Shown here in pieces: positions 14,373 to 27,172 of a stretch of 64,000 nucleotides of DNA. How positions within the stretch are numbered: the first letter of the stretch is position 1; every line of letters begins with the position of its first letter. Both the position numbers and the translations under genes were made by a program. The stretch comes from Octopus vulgaris. Taxonomy: Eukaryota. Location of the stretch: contig OX597829.1 in assembly GCA_951406725.2 (NCBI GenBank), forward strand, positions 46,934,001-46,998,000. Direction: 5' to 3'. The notes beneath the pieces were generated by a model. It ran no database searches. It saw only the letters and a list, made by a program, of their open reading frames with translations, and was not told the origin of the DNA.

Positions 14373-14714
14373 CAGAAGGTGTACGAAAATAAACAAAAGA
14401 CGAAGGCAGGTGGAGTACAAACAAACAAATAATGTATTAGTATGGCGCTCAGGAATAGAAATAACACAAGTCTTTTACGTTTCGAGCCTACGCTCTTCGA
14501 CAGAAAGATACACAGAAAAGAAACACGGAGAGAAACAAGGAGAGAAAAAATTGCGTGTAGGGGCTAACGATCCAATATGGCGTTCTGATTTCAGAAGTCA
14601 GAGATCGGAAGTCAAACGTTAGAGGTCAGACGTTAGACGCTAGAGGGATAGTAGGGGAGATAACAGGGTCAAGTGACCTCGCTCCAACCTGAAGGTGCGT
14701 GTGTGCATAAGAGA

Positions 14715-14715
<1 letters not shown>
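14371..14715 (-). mobile_element. Short PLE-type non-coding element in (TA)n carrying an HHR-like motif
   Basis: Flanked by (TA)n; terminus shared with 50281-50345; HHR-like motif at 14471-14508. Confidence 0.6.
14471..14508 (-). ncRNA. Minimal HHR-like motif (CUGUCGA core variant)
   Basis: Minus: TCTTT CTGTCGA A GAGC gtag GCTC GAAA CG TA AAAGA; stem I 5 bp, stem II 4 bp, palindromic ACGT stem III. Confidence 0.6.
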
Positions 14716-14760
<45 letters not shown>

Positions 14761-14787
14761 TTTAAAAGTAGCAGAAATTTAATAAAA

Positions 14788-14827
14788 GCTGTTATTCGGA
14801 GTTTCACGTTCCCGTTCATCGGACAGT
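14788..14827 (-). ncRNA. Minimal HHR-like motif (CCGAUGA core variant)
   Basis: Minus: CTGT CCGATGA ACG ggaa CGT GAAA CTCCGAAT A ACAG; stem III imperfect. Confidence 0.55.
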
Positions 14828-15904
14828 TTTGTTAAAATAGAACCGAGATGACAATTTGATAAAAACTAGCTAAAGGATACATCTTTAAAAATAGATTTGT
14901 TTCATTGGTCCTTTCAAATAACGGTCTTAGGCAAGCGATAAACAAAATAAACAAAATAAATGAATTCAATATAAATTATAAAAATTGAGGAAAAATCTTC
15001 AAAATACATATTGTCATTAATTATATATGAAATATAATTCGATTAATACTATTAATACATAAACATTAAAATTAAAATATATCAAAAATATTTCACAAAA
15101 GTATATACTCATACTAAACCATCAATATACTAAACCATCATACTAAACCATCAATATACAGATAGATGTACACAGACCACATACATATACAGACATATAA
15201 ATGCAAAACGAAAATATACACACAGATACACGTACACATATGTATACGCAATCTTGCTCGCATACAAAAATCACTTGATGTATATATATAGACTAGAAGT
15301 AAAAGGCAGAGAGGGGGAAGAAAAGGTAACGATCTTATAAGCAACAGAAAGCTAAAGACGCGAGTAAGAGAAGGGGAGAGGGGCGTAAAGTTACAGGACT
15401 CAATACAAGTAACGAATAGGGAGAGGAAAAAATAAGGAAAGAAAGGAAGAAAGAAAGAAGTCTGACTATGCGTAACGAACGTTCACAAAATAAAATTACG
15501 TATACATGTGTATATAAAAGTGTATATTAGCAGTAAATACACATATAAGGACACATATATAAATATATATAGACAAGTACGTAAATACACATCCACACAA
15601 ATTTAAGTGAATACATGCATACATATACATCCATGTATGTATGTGCATAAGTATAAACACACACACTCACTTACCCATATACATAGACGAGTGCATACGA
15701 ATACATATGCATGCTAATACAAATATTCATATAAAAACATGTCTAGGATCTGACGTATACACAAACATTATTTTTTTTTAATTGCTGAGTGCATAATGAT
15801 ATAAATTTTAGATAAAAGACATGCAAAATATAACACCCTATATTGGATTATTTATAAATTAAATGACCAAAGTGGGTTTATAGAATACAATAAAAGGAAA
15901 TAAA

Positions 15905-16220
15905 CTCTTTACTCTCTTTTACTCTTTTACTTGTTTCAGTCATTTGACTGCGGCCATGCTGGAGCACCGCCTTTAGTCGAGCAAATCGACCCCGGGGCTT
16001 ATTCTTTGTAAGCCCAGTACTTATTCTATCGGTCTCTTTTGCCGAACCGCTAAGTTACGCGGACGTAAACACACCAGCATCGGTTGTCAAGCAATGCTAG
16101 GGGTACAAACACAGACACACAAACACATACATACATATATACGACTGGCTTCTTTCAGTTTCCGTCTACCAAATCCACTCACAAGGCATTGGTCGGCCCG
16201 GGGCTATAACAGAAGACACT
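15905..16220 (-). mobile_element. SINE group A lacking head
   Basis: Tail through AGAAGACACT; followed by a mariner-TIR-bearing fragment ending CAGCAGCCCCTCGTG (~16416). Confidence 0.85.
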
Positions 16221-16459
16221 AAGTCGAAGGTTTTTTTTCTTAAGAAATATATCGAAATATGTACAAAATATATACAAAAACTTTGCGATGCGGCATAACG
16301 CCTGCATAATACGAAATCAGTTTTTCTAAGCCATGTAAAAAATATCTCGGAATTTTGAACTTCCAGCCGGCCTTTGGGGACACCCTTAAGCCAGGAACTT
16401 TTCAGCAGCCCCTCGTGCAAAACATACACCCAAAAGAGGATTTCCCAACAATTTCTGTT

Positions 16460-16628
16460 TGTGGCTGTGTGGTAGTGGTAACTAGCTTGCTTACCAACCA
16501 CATGGTTCCGGGTTCAGTCCCACTGTGTGGCACCTTGGGCAAGTGTCTTCTGCTATAGCCTCGGGCCGACCAAAGCCTTGTGAGTGGATTTGGTAGACGG
16601 AAACTGAAAAAAGCCCGTCGTATATATG

Positions 16629-16714
<86 letters not shown>

Positions 16715-16935
16715 TGTGTGTGTGTTTGTGTGTGTGTGTTTGTCCTCCAAGCATTGCTTGACAACCGATGCTGGTGTGTTTACGTCCCCGTCACTTGGCG
16801 GTTCGGCAAAAGAGACCGATAGAATAAGTACTGGGCTTACAAAAGAATAAGTCCCGGGATCGATTCGCTCGACTAAAAGTGGTGCTCCAGCATGGCCGCA
16901 GTCAAATGACTGAAACAAGTAAGAAAGTAAAGAGA
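16460..16935 (+). mobile_element. SINE group A
   Basis: Head to tail, with long internal (TG)n. Confidence 0.9.
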
Positions 16936-17083
16936 GTACGTAATGAACTGGTGGGTGCGGAGCAGCTGTAGATGACACAATCCAAAATACTGCAGAGTGG
17001 AACTGAATTCGCAAACCCTATGTTTGGGAGGCGAAGTTATTTTACCACACATTCATTCCTCAACGTTTATTTCTGCAGTCATT

Positions 17084-17425
17084 TCTATCTATCTATCCGC
17101 TCAGTCGAAGTCGACTCTCGGTCACTCGTTGGATCAGTGTCCTCCAGTCAGTTCTATCCTGGGCCGCTTCTTTCAGATTGGCTATGTCCATTCCAGCATC
17201 ACTCTTGATGGTTTCAAGCCAGCGGGTTCTTGGTCGGCCTCTTCCTCGCTTGCCACTGACCATTCCGAGCATGATGTCCTTCTCCAGGGATTTTCTCCGC
17301 ATAATATGACCGAAATATGCCAATCTATGCTTGGTGATCCTAGCTTCTAGCGACATTTTCGGCCTGATCTGCTTAAGAACTTCTCCATTGGTGAGCCTCG
17401 CTGTCCATGGAATCCCTCTCAGTCA
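17084..17425 (-). mobile_element. RTE-clade LINE 3' end
   Basis: Minus: IPWTARLTNGEVL...RLAYFGHIMRRKSLEKDIMLGMVSGKRGRGRPRTRW...AAQDRTDWR-stop, followed by (TAGA)n tail. Confidence 0.88.
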
Positions 17426-17471
17426 TTTACCCTCTCTGATATATTGACGTTTTCTTGGTTGATTATGCAGC

Positions 17472-17795
17472 GAAGGCGCGTGGCTTGGTGGTGAGTGGTA
17501 TTTGGCTTACAATCGCAAGGTCGTGAGTGCGATTCTCGGTGGTGCGTTGTGTCCTTAAGCAAGACACTTTATTTCCGGTTACTCCAGTTCACTCAGCTGG
17601 CAAAAAAAAAAAAAGAGTTTTACATGTAATTCAAAGGGCCAGCTTTCTTACGTTTTGTGTCTTGCTATTTCTCCCGCGGACTACGTCAAGGTATCGCTTA
17701 TCGCTTATGTGTAGAGTGCTCATTAATTTCAAGAGCAGGATATTTCATTGATCGGATCAATTGAAACGATCGTCGTCGCAACTGACGGATTGCCA
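17472..17795 (+). mobile_element. Old CORE-type SINE with group-B-like tail
   Basis: tRNA-like head, TGTGTCCTTAAGCAAGACACTT...CTCCAGTTCACTCAGCTG, tail similar to SINE B (AAAGGGCC...GATCGGATCAA...GACGGA). Confidence 0.7.
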
Positions 17796-18431
17796 GTTTT
17801 TTTTTTTTTTAATGCTGTAATTAACGCAGTCTATGAAAAATTCATTCAAAAAATTAAATGCATTGACTCCCATGATATGCCAAATATTTGGCTTTAAGAT
17901 AGATTGATCTTACGAAAAGTTGGACATTTTTGGTGCAAACTTCAAGTATGGCAGATTATATGATGTTTGATTAAACATTGCTGTACTTGAAAACTGACGT
18001 AATAAAACAATATCGTCCGAGAATTCTAGGAACTTCATAACTAAACTTAAACTGATCTGAATTTTAACACCCGTATAGAAACTACATACAAGTCATAGGA
18101 TATTTAAATATTCATAACAAAATTGGCTTCAGAAATCTCTCTCCTCAAGATATATTAAATAGTGCAACGATCTGAGGAAAACCTGTTCCTATTGAAGCAA
18201 ACTCTTTCTTGCATTGAAGAAGAAATTAATTTCCGGTATCCGATTAGTGTAGTTTAGACTGAAACCAAAAGTCCCAAAGAGAATTCATTATCGATTTTTA
18301 TTCGGAGTGCTATGAGTATAGAGAAGCCAGGAGGAGGAGGAGTATGACCAGAATTTAAACTTTCAAATAAGACATGTGTTTCCTTTCTAACTTCTACTAA
18401 CTTGAAGAAGCTTATGTATTGTGAATATAAT

Positions 18432-19057
18432 AGGCGCAGGCGTGGCTGTGTGGTAAGTAGCTTGCTTACCAACCACACGGTTCCGGGTTCAGTCCCACTG
18501 CGTGGCACCTTGGGCAAAGTGTCTTCTGCTATAGCCCCGGGCCGACCAAAGCCTTGTGAGTGGATTTGGTAGACGGAAACTGAAAGAAGCCCGTCGTATA
18601 TATGTATATATATATGTGTGTGTGTGTTTGTGTTTGTCCCCCTAGCATTGCTTGACAACCTATTTCTTTATTACCCACAAGGGGCTAAACACAGAGGGGA
18701 CAAACAAGAACAGACATAGGTATTAAGTCGATTACATCGACCCCAGTGCGTAACTGGTACTTAATTTATCGACCCCGAAAGGATGAAAGGCAAAGTCGAC
18801 CACGGCGGATTTTGAACTCACAACCTAACGCAGACGAAATACCGCTAAGCAGTTCGCCCGGCGTGCTAACGTTTCTGCCAGCTCGCCGCCTTAACAACCG
18901 ATGCTGGTGTGTTTACGTCCCCGTCACTTAGCGGTTCGGCAAAAGAGACCGATCGAATAAGTACTGGGCTTACAAAGAATAAGTCCCGGGGTCGATTTGA
19001 TCGACTAAAGGCGGTGCTCCAGCATGGCCACAGTCAAATGACTGAAACAAGTAAAAA
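18432..19057 (+). mobile_element. SINE group A interrupted by nested SINE C
   Basis: SINE A resumes after the insert; ACAACC duplicated at both junctions. Confidence 0.88.
18661..18892 (-). mobile_element. SINE group C, full length, nested
   Basis: Minus head AAGGCGGCGAGCTGGCAGAAACGTTAGCACGCCGGGCGAA to tail TAAGAAATA. Confidence 0.85.
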
Positions 19058-20442
19058 GTGTTTTTGTTTTTAATTTCAAAATGAACATTGCTGCTAAGTT
19101 CTGCTTATTGTAAGAATCTTAAGTGTATTGCCCTTTGTGAATATAATAACTCATTACTTTCTTGTAACGCTGTTGTCTTGTTTTTTTGGGGGTTTTTTTC
19201 AAAATATTTGTTATTCCGTCCATTTCCGATTTCGCGGTCATGCTGCAATCTGCTACGTCCTATTATAAAGCGTTGACAATTTGCAAGGTTGGTTAGCACA
19301 AGATAAAAGAAAGAAAAAAAATCAATCTTAACCGATTTTCGGTTAAGATCAAATCGTCGATTGGAACTAGCTTTAATGCCTACATTCGTAAACGGATTCA
19401 CATGTATTATATCAAGAAAGAAAATTCTCAGTATTAGCAGAATTTAAAGCTCTGCTTTCTGTTCACTGTTGTCATGCGCAACTTAGATTAGTAATAACCT
19501 CACGAAAAACTTCTTTTCCTATTATCTTTCGTTGATACAAAGCCAGATACACTGACATTATCAAATGTAGTTCAAATCAAATTCTCTGCTGATGGATTTA
19601 GTTTATCGATCACGGAAAGATCGCTAAAATAACGTATCATAACTGCTGATAGTATATTAGAGTCAAGTAGCTCGGCGTTAAAAGATAGACTTTACCTGCA
19701 CAAACGTGTTATATTTAAATGTTATCTAAGACAGGCGATAGTTTGAATGTCAAGTAATCATTCGCAGTTTCTAGATTGAAGGAAGATCCAAGTGCCTATT
19801 CACAATGGCAGCTGTCTAATGTATATTTCTTGTGTTCTGTAGAACATCGGTAGAATTGGCTGAATCGTAGACATTTGGAAGGAATGGGAGATTTGTAAAA
19901 CGTCAGGCCAATTAACTTGCGATATTTAGTTGCGGCTATTTATGTTTTGAACTCAAATGTCAGTGAGTTTGGTTTTGTTTTCATGGTTTTAAGGGTCAAT
20001 AAAATACAGTAACAGTCATATACTGGGGTTGATTTCATATCCTTATAAATCGTTCTAATTGTCAATTGAATTACTGTGTAAATGAAGTCGAGGGAAAAAC
20101 TAAGGTATTTTAGCCATCCTTTGAAGAGAGCTCGATGAAATAAGATCAAGACTGAATCGATATGGTCGAATAAGAAAAATTGAAATCGGTGCTCCAGCAT
20201 GGCAGCATTATATGACTGAAACTGAGTATAGATTGTATGCTTAAAAATATATTTGCATAATATTTTATTGAACACCTCCGAACTTGTATCTATTTACGCT
20301 CGGACCGACAACCTCCATGAGTTGTTTTCATTTTTGTCCCTTTTGTTCTTTTTAAGCGTTCGGCACAGAGAGCCGCCATTATGGTTTTTGCTTCCATATA
20401 TATATATTGCAGTTAAGTCGTCTACCATGGATGCTGATAATA

Positions 20443-20552
20443 CAGTTCTATATTTAAGAGATGAGGAATTATGTACATTATTTACATTATTTACATTATT
20501 TACATTTGACGGATATTTGTCCTCGTCTTGTTTGTTGTTAACAACAAACAAG
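20443..20552 (-). mobile_element. 5'-truncated copy of the tRNA-HHR element with perfect fold-back
   Basis: Matches 34795-34866; ends in 26-bp palindrome CTTGTTTGTTGTT/AACAACAAACAAG (20527-20552). Confidence 0.75.
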
Positions 20553-20876
20553 TCCAAAATGCCTTCTATTCTTTCGGCGTCGTTGAAACAATTACAAATT
20601 GAGTTTTGGGGTCGTTGTAATCGACCAAAATTTGAAACCATCATAAAATAGTCTGCGTTGCCATGAAAACAGTTTTTTTCTTTTTTTTTTTTAGTTTGTA
20701 TTCTGTGTGGGAAATTTATTTTGTACCTTTTCAGTTTTTCTTCAGGGACTTATCTGTACTCTAGTGTTTTTTTTTTGGTTAAAACAATATTTCATTTAGT
20801 AAAATACTTTTCTTCAGAGCGAGTCGTAGACATCGCCTACTTTATCTACATAAAATAATGACGTGGAGGAGGTAGT

Positions 20877-20897
20877 TGATGATGATGCTTATGATGA

Positions 20898-20931
<34 letters not shown>

Positions 20932-20987
20932 GGTAGTGGTGGTGATGATGATGGTGGTGGTGATGATGATGATGGTGGTGGTGGTGG

Positions 20988-21058
<71 letters not shown>

Positions 21059-21120
21059 ATGATGATGACGATGATGATGATGATGACGACAGTGATGATG
21101 ATGATGATGATGATGATGAT
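20877..21120. repeat. Compound (GAT)n/(GGT)n microsatellite
   Basis: Direct inspection; (AGT)n/(GGT)n tract also at 21474-21635. Confidence 0.95.
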
Positions 21121-21512
21121 AGCTATTACAGATAACGTGGATAGTGCAAAACTTATTTCAGTGAGATTTACCAAGCGTGAGGGTTAATGATATTTACGAA
21201 GGAATAAACCGCCACGAAATCGGTTTATAAAAAAAGCATTGATCAGATAAGCTATGATAATGTAAGATATATTCAATAACTTCTTTTGAAGAAATCTGTT
21301 AAATACCATTAAAGAAACACGTACAGAACACCACTAGCACGACCAGCACCACCGACAAGAGCGGCGACACAGCAGTAATACCAATATTACTGTCACCTAT
21401 TGCTCTTATTACAATTAGTCAAGAAAGGAAAACTCTACGTGGTCGATCGTAGTAAAATCTGTCTTATATCAGGTAGCAGCAGCAGCAGCAACAACAGTAG
21501 TAGTAGTAGTAA

Positions 21513-21578
<66 letters not shown>

Positions 21579-21735
21579 GGTTTGGTGGTGGTGGTGGTGG
21601 TGGTGGTGGTGGTAGTAGTAGTAGTGGTAGTAGTATGAAGAGAAGCGACAAGGAGAGTAGGAGTAAAGAGAAAAAGTAGAAGTCGGAGCAGGAGAGAAAA
21701 TGTTGGTGGGAGAAAATAGGTGTGAGGGGAGGAGG

Positions 21736-22100
21736 TTAGATAAAGAGGAGAGGATAGTTGATCCCATGAGGCGCAAAGGATCGAAGTGAGAAGATTAATC
21801 CCTGTTCACGGCGCAAACGGGAGTCCGGATGACCCCTGTGCAAGGACAATCCGAACACGGAGTGGCCGATAGAGTGGAAATGGCGCGAGACCGGTGTGTC
21901 ATTGCCGTGTCGGATGTCCGCGAACCGGTCAGCCAAACGGCGTCCTCTTTGCCCGATGTATAGAGATGGGCAGAAAGAGCATGAGATGCAGTAGATAACA
22001 TTATTAGAAGTGCAGGTGAGGGAGTCGGTGATATGATAGGGTCGATGATGGGTACCGGTGAGGGTGGTGTTGGAGAGGTAAGAGAAAGTCCGACCCCTCT
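21736..22100 (-). pseudogene. Penelope-like element GIY-YIG endonuclease remnant
   Basis: Minus: SNVIYCISCSFCPSLYIGQRGRRLADRF...PVSRHF...RREQGLIFSLRSFAPHGIN. Confidence 0.85.
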
Positions 22101-22199
22101 ATCTCTCACATCTTCCCCAACCTACCTCTTCCCTCCTTCAAACGAGTTCACATCCTTCGGGGCCTTCCACTCCACAGTTTCTTCCCTAACCCCACCTCC

Positions 22200-22620
22200 C
22201 AACTTTGCTCGTTCCCCTGTTCCCGCCCTCACTACCGCACTTACCCGTACCTCTCGAACACCAGAATCCTCACAGGCACCCATCATAGTTCCTATCATAT
22301 CACCGATTCCTTTACTTGCACTTATAGCAACGTCATTTACTGCATATCCAGCACTTAATGCCCTTCTCTGTAAATCGGTCAAACGGGACGCCGCTTGGTA
22401 GACCGGTTCGCAGAGCACATCCGAGACAGCAGACTCGGCAATGACACCTAGGTCTCGCGCCATTTCCGCTCTACCGGTTATTCACTACAATACCTGTCTA
22501 TGTTCGAACTGTCATAGCAGACAGGCCATCCGGACTCCCGCCTTCACTGTGAACAGGAATTAATCTTTCTCTGTTTGCTCCTTTGCGCCCATGGACTGAA
22601 CTCCCCTCCTCTCCTCTTCA
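22200..22620 (+). pseudogene. Penelope-like element GIY-YIG remnant, inverted relative to neighbour
   Basis: Plus: CTYSNVIYCIS...IGQTGRRLVDRFAEHIRD...VSRHF...EQELIF...HGLN with stops. Confidence 0.8.
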
Positions 22621-22704
22621 ATCCTACCCACCTTCTCTCTTAATTGATACCACCCCCTCCCCACACGCACCCCTTCTCCCCACAACCACTCAAATACACT
22701 CCAC

Positions 22705-23050
22705 ACCTTCGATCATGAAAAACCCCTTGGATCATAAATGACCATGAGATTGCACGTGGAAAGCAACCCTCCGAGGCATAAGTACGGGCAAGGTTGTTTA
22801 TGGAAGACCAGCAGTCACCCATGCATGCCAGCTTCTCCTCTTCACACCACTGATGTTATCTAAGGGAAAGGCAAAAACCGATACAGCTTGACACCAGTGA
22901 CATCACAACTCACTTCCACAGCTGAGTGAACTGGAGCAATGTGGAATGAAGTATCTTGCTCAAGAACACAAAACGCAGCCCGATCCGGGAATAGAACTTA
23001 CTACCTCATGATTCTAAGCCTGACGTTCTAACAACTGAGCCATGTACATT
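22705..23050 (-). mobile_element. CORE-type tRNA SINE
   Basis: Minus head TGGCTCAGTTGTTAG..., TGTGTTCTTGAGCAAGATACTT...CTCCAGTTCACTCAGCTG; tail fragment also at 50565-50645. Confidence 0.75.
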
Positions 23051-23471
23051 CAAACACTCGCTTCGCGAGTAGGTTTATACATACATACGCATGTATACAG
23101 AAAAGCAGATACAAGAGTAAATAATTAAAATTAGATACATATATATATATTCCTAACACGACTAAACTAAAAGAATATATATTTATTTATAAACGTATGT
23201 ATGCATATGTTATATATATATATAAATATATATAAATTAAATTAGAGATAAAACCACTATTAGGCAAATCAAACAGTGAAAAACATAAACCAAAACATAA
23301 AAATAATTATAATTAATGATAATTATACAAAATATAAAATTTAAAATTTATATTATTTAAAATTTTTTAATTTATATTTATAAATGAATTTTTATATTTA
23401 AAATTTTTTTTAAAATTTAAATATATAAATTTTTAAACTTATAATTTTTTAATTTATTATTATTATTTTTG

Positions 23472-23570
<99 letters not shown>

Positions 23571-23954
23571 GTTATTATTTTTTTTTAACTATCAAACTAT
23601 TTATTAATGATTTGAAAACTCTGTTGCTTATCTACACGTCACGTAACTGAATGGCATTGAGAAATAAAATTTAATATTTGACGTTATTATTCGGGTGCCA
23701 TCTTGGCTGCGGTGCAAAGACTGGAATTACCGAAAGAATTAAACTAATAACTGAATGTGTATTTTCTAATAGAAATTATGACCTTATAATAATACAATTG
23801 TTTTAGTTTCGGCTCACATCAAGTTACTTGCCAAACAAGTACATCACACAGAAAGAAATTATAATTCTTGTCAAACTGAAGTTGATTTTAGGCTATATTC
23901 ATATACGTTGATAATTTGATAAAATATGCAATATGTGAGTCTGACAGTAATATT

Positions 23955-24140
23955 GCTTTCGAATTTTGGCACAAGGCTGATAATTTCGAGGGAAGAAGTA
24001 AGTCGATTACATCGATCCCCAGGGCTCAATATGTACTTATTTTTATCGACCCTGAAAGGATGAAAGGCAGAGTTGGCCTCGGTGGAATTTATTTGAACAC
24101 TCATTTTACCTGGTGTACCAACGATTCTGACAGCTGGCCG
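23955..24140 (-). mobile_element. SINE group C, diverged
   Basis: TTTATCGACCCTGAAAGGATGAAAGGCAGAGTTGGCCTCGG block. Confidence 0.7.
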
Positions 24141-24278
24141 TACGAGAATATTACCTAATTGATGCAGATATCACGTCATATTTGTGTGTGTGTGTGTGTG
24201 TGTAATGCAGATTGCGATCTCGAATCATATGTGTATACACACACACACACACTCACACACAAACATACACACACATAT

Positions 24279-24482
<204 letters not shown>

Positions 24483-24599
24483 AGGCGCAGGTATTGCTGT
24501 GTGGTAAGACGTCTGCTTCTTTACAGCTGTTTCGGTACAATTTAGTTGCAATTTTTTTTATTGAGCGTCTCCTACTTATTCAGTCCTAATGTTTCAATG

Positions 24600-25200
24600 T
24601 CGGGAGGAGGAGGAAAAGGTGATTAACATTTCGGACAAGCGTTCTTCTTCGTGGGGAGGAAGAGAAAGAGAGAAATGTTGTTGCTTGTGTTCCCAGGTCC
24701 TCACCAGGGAGTGAATAAAGTAGAGTGGTGTTGTGTAGTTTTTGTTGGGGGAAAAGAGGCGGAAAAAGACTGAGAGGTGTTTTCAGTAGTTTTCGGAAAG
24801 AACGGTAAATGAGAGGAGTGTTAAAGAGTACTATGACGTTTGTGACTGGTTCCAGGATAGTTGTAAGTAAAGAAATATACTCTTAGCAAGGTGAATTAAA
24901 AGTGTAAACAATGAATATGCAAGATAGAAAAACATATAACGTGATACAGATTTCCAAACAAAGAAAGGAGAATTATCGGAAGGGCAAAAGCAGTTAGCAG
25001 CGGCAAGATATTTGTAGAAATGGATAAGAATATAATTACAAAAAATTTGAAGAATCAAGAGTATATAAAGAGTGGTAGATATTACGAAGACAAAATTGGG
25101 ATGGAAAGAAATTTATAGTATTTTCTGACAAGATGTTGCAAAAATGAAGAAGAGAAAACATGAACTTCGCATAAACTTCTGGTAATTATCCAAAATCGTG
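24600..25200 (-). pseudogene. Very degenerate Penelope-like RT C-terminal remnant
   Basis: Minus SFHPNFVFVISTT...LQI...IHFYK resembles the PLE NSFHPNLKFT...FLDL.I...VHYKPT pattern; weak. Confidence 0.35.
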
Positions 25201-25860
25201 CCACTCGTCACATTGCGTTATTTACCATATTTAAGGTTTATTTTTAACTTCGTAAATCCTTTTCAATCAGAAATATAGGTAAATATTCTTCTGTATATAA
25301 AATTATATATCCATTGATCTTTAAGCTCGTATACAATGTAAAAAGTAATATATTTCCATTTGTCTCTCACTTGCAAACAAAGACCAGACACGTCCCTTCC
25401 TGAAACAAGTAAATTAAGCGGCGAAATATATTATTAATGTCTTCTAATTATAACCCTTCTCTTTGAGAGTCGCTAAGCGACCTTTTTTGTTTTCTGTCCC
25501 CCGTCTCAGAGAGAAACTTCAGTATACGAAGAACCTACTGAATACTTACATAAGACATTCAACACAACAATCTCGCTGCACATATGTTGTGCTACTAATT
25601 GCTTTTTTTTTTTTTTTTTTAAATAATATTATGGCTCCGTTCTATACATTTTATGTCGGCCATAAATCACCAATCTGAATTTACTGCAATTTTCGCTATT
25701 CATCGAGTGTTGAAAAGTAATGCTTTAAGGGTTTTTACTATCTATTCAACATTTACGATCCTCCTCCACATCCCATTCTACATATATTTGCAGTGATATA
25801 TGTATGAATGCACGCATACGTATATCTGAGTATGTTCATATATATAAATACATACATACA

Positions 25861-25908
<48 letters not shown>

Positions 25909-26091
25909 TGTATCTGACTGTGTGTGTATTGATTTACAAGTCTTTAAACCATTTATAGTCTTACAGTTTTATAGCCTATCAAAATAATGCTTATAGAGTG
26001 GGTTGCATTTACAACTTCCCTTTACATTTTACTTACTTTTTTCTCTTCGTCATGCTTTCATGTTTATATACATATGAATATGTATATGTGT

Positions 26092-26149
<58 letters not shown>

Positions 26150-26151
<2 letters not shown>

Positions 26152-26166
26152 ATGTTATTGCTATGA

Positions 26167-26219
<53 letters not shown>

Positions 26220-26345
26220 GGTATTATTATTATTATTATTATTGGTATTATTATCATTATCATTATTATTATTATCATTATTATTATTATTGTTATTATT
26301 ATTGTTATTATTATTATTATCATTATTGTTGTTATTATTATTATT

Positions 26346-26419
<74 letters not shown>

Positions 26420-26445
26420 CATTATTATTATTATTATTATTATTG
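26150..26445. repeat. (TTA)n/(TTG)n compound microsatellite
   Basis: Direct inspection. Confidence 0.95.
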
Positions 26446-27087
26446 GTATTTCTTTCTCTTGACTGCTTTGTGTGGAGATTTTTATTGCTGTTGCCGCCTC
26501 GGAGTCTGTTTTTGTATTTTATTGTGGAGGGAGAAGCAGATCGAAGTCGCTCGTCCAATATATACACGTGCACAGAAAAATGATATACCTACGCATACGT
26601 GTGTACCATACAGCTAAATAAAGCGACAGAGGGAGGGTGATGAGAGTAGAGAGACAGACAGAAGAGGCGAAAGTAGGACAGTTCTAACTCCATAATCCTG
26701 GATCTTCCGAATGTATTGCGATATCCACTCCAAGATCTTTTATCAGTCCTTCGTATTCGGTGCATGTTCGTAACAGTTTTCTTTACGATGTTGTCCTTCC
26801 AATGTTCGCCATACATTTTCCCTACACTCCATTCTGGATATTTTATATAATGCTTCGCGGGACTAACATCTAAAATTTTTCAGATACTGTATCTCTAAGA
26901 CTTAATGATTCTCTTCAGACAGTCAAAAAAAATATAATTTTAATACAGAAATCATACCATTTTGTTAAATATATTTTTTGTCAAAATATTTGCTTGGTTT
27001 CCATGACATTGAATTTAATGAGTTTTTTTCTAAAATTATTTTTCCATTTTATGTGGAGTCCTCGAAAATTACATGCTCTGATAAAAA

Positions 27088-27172
<85 letters not shown>

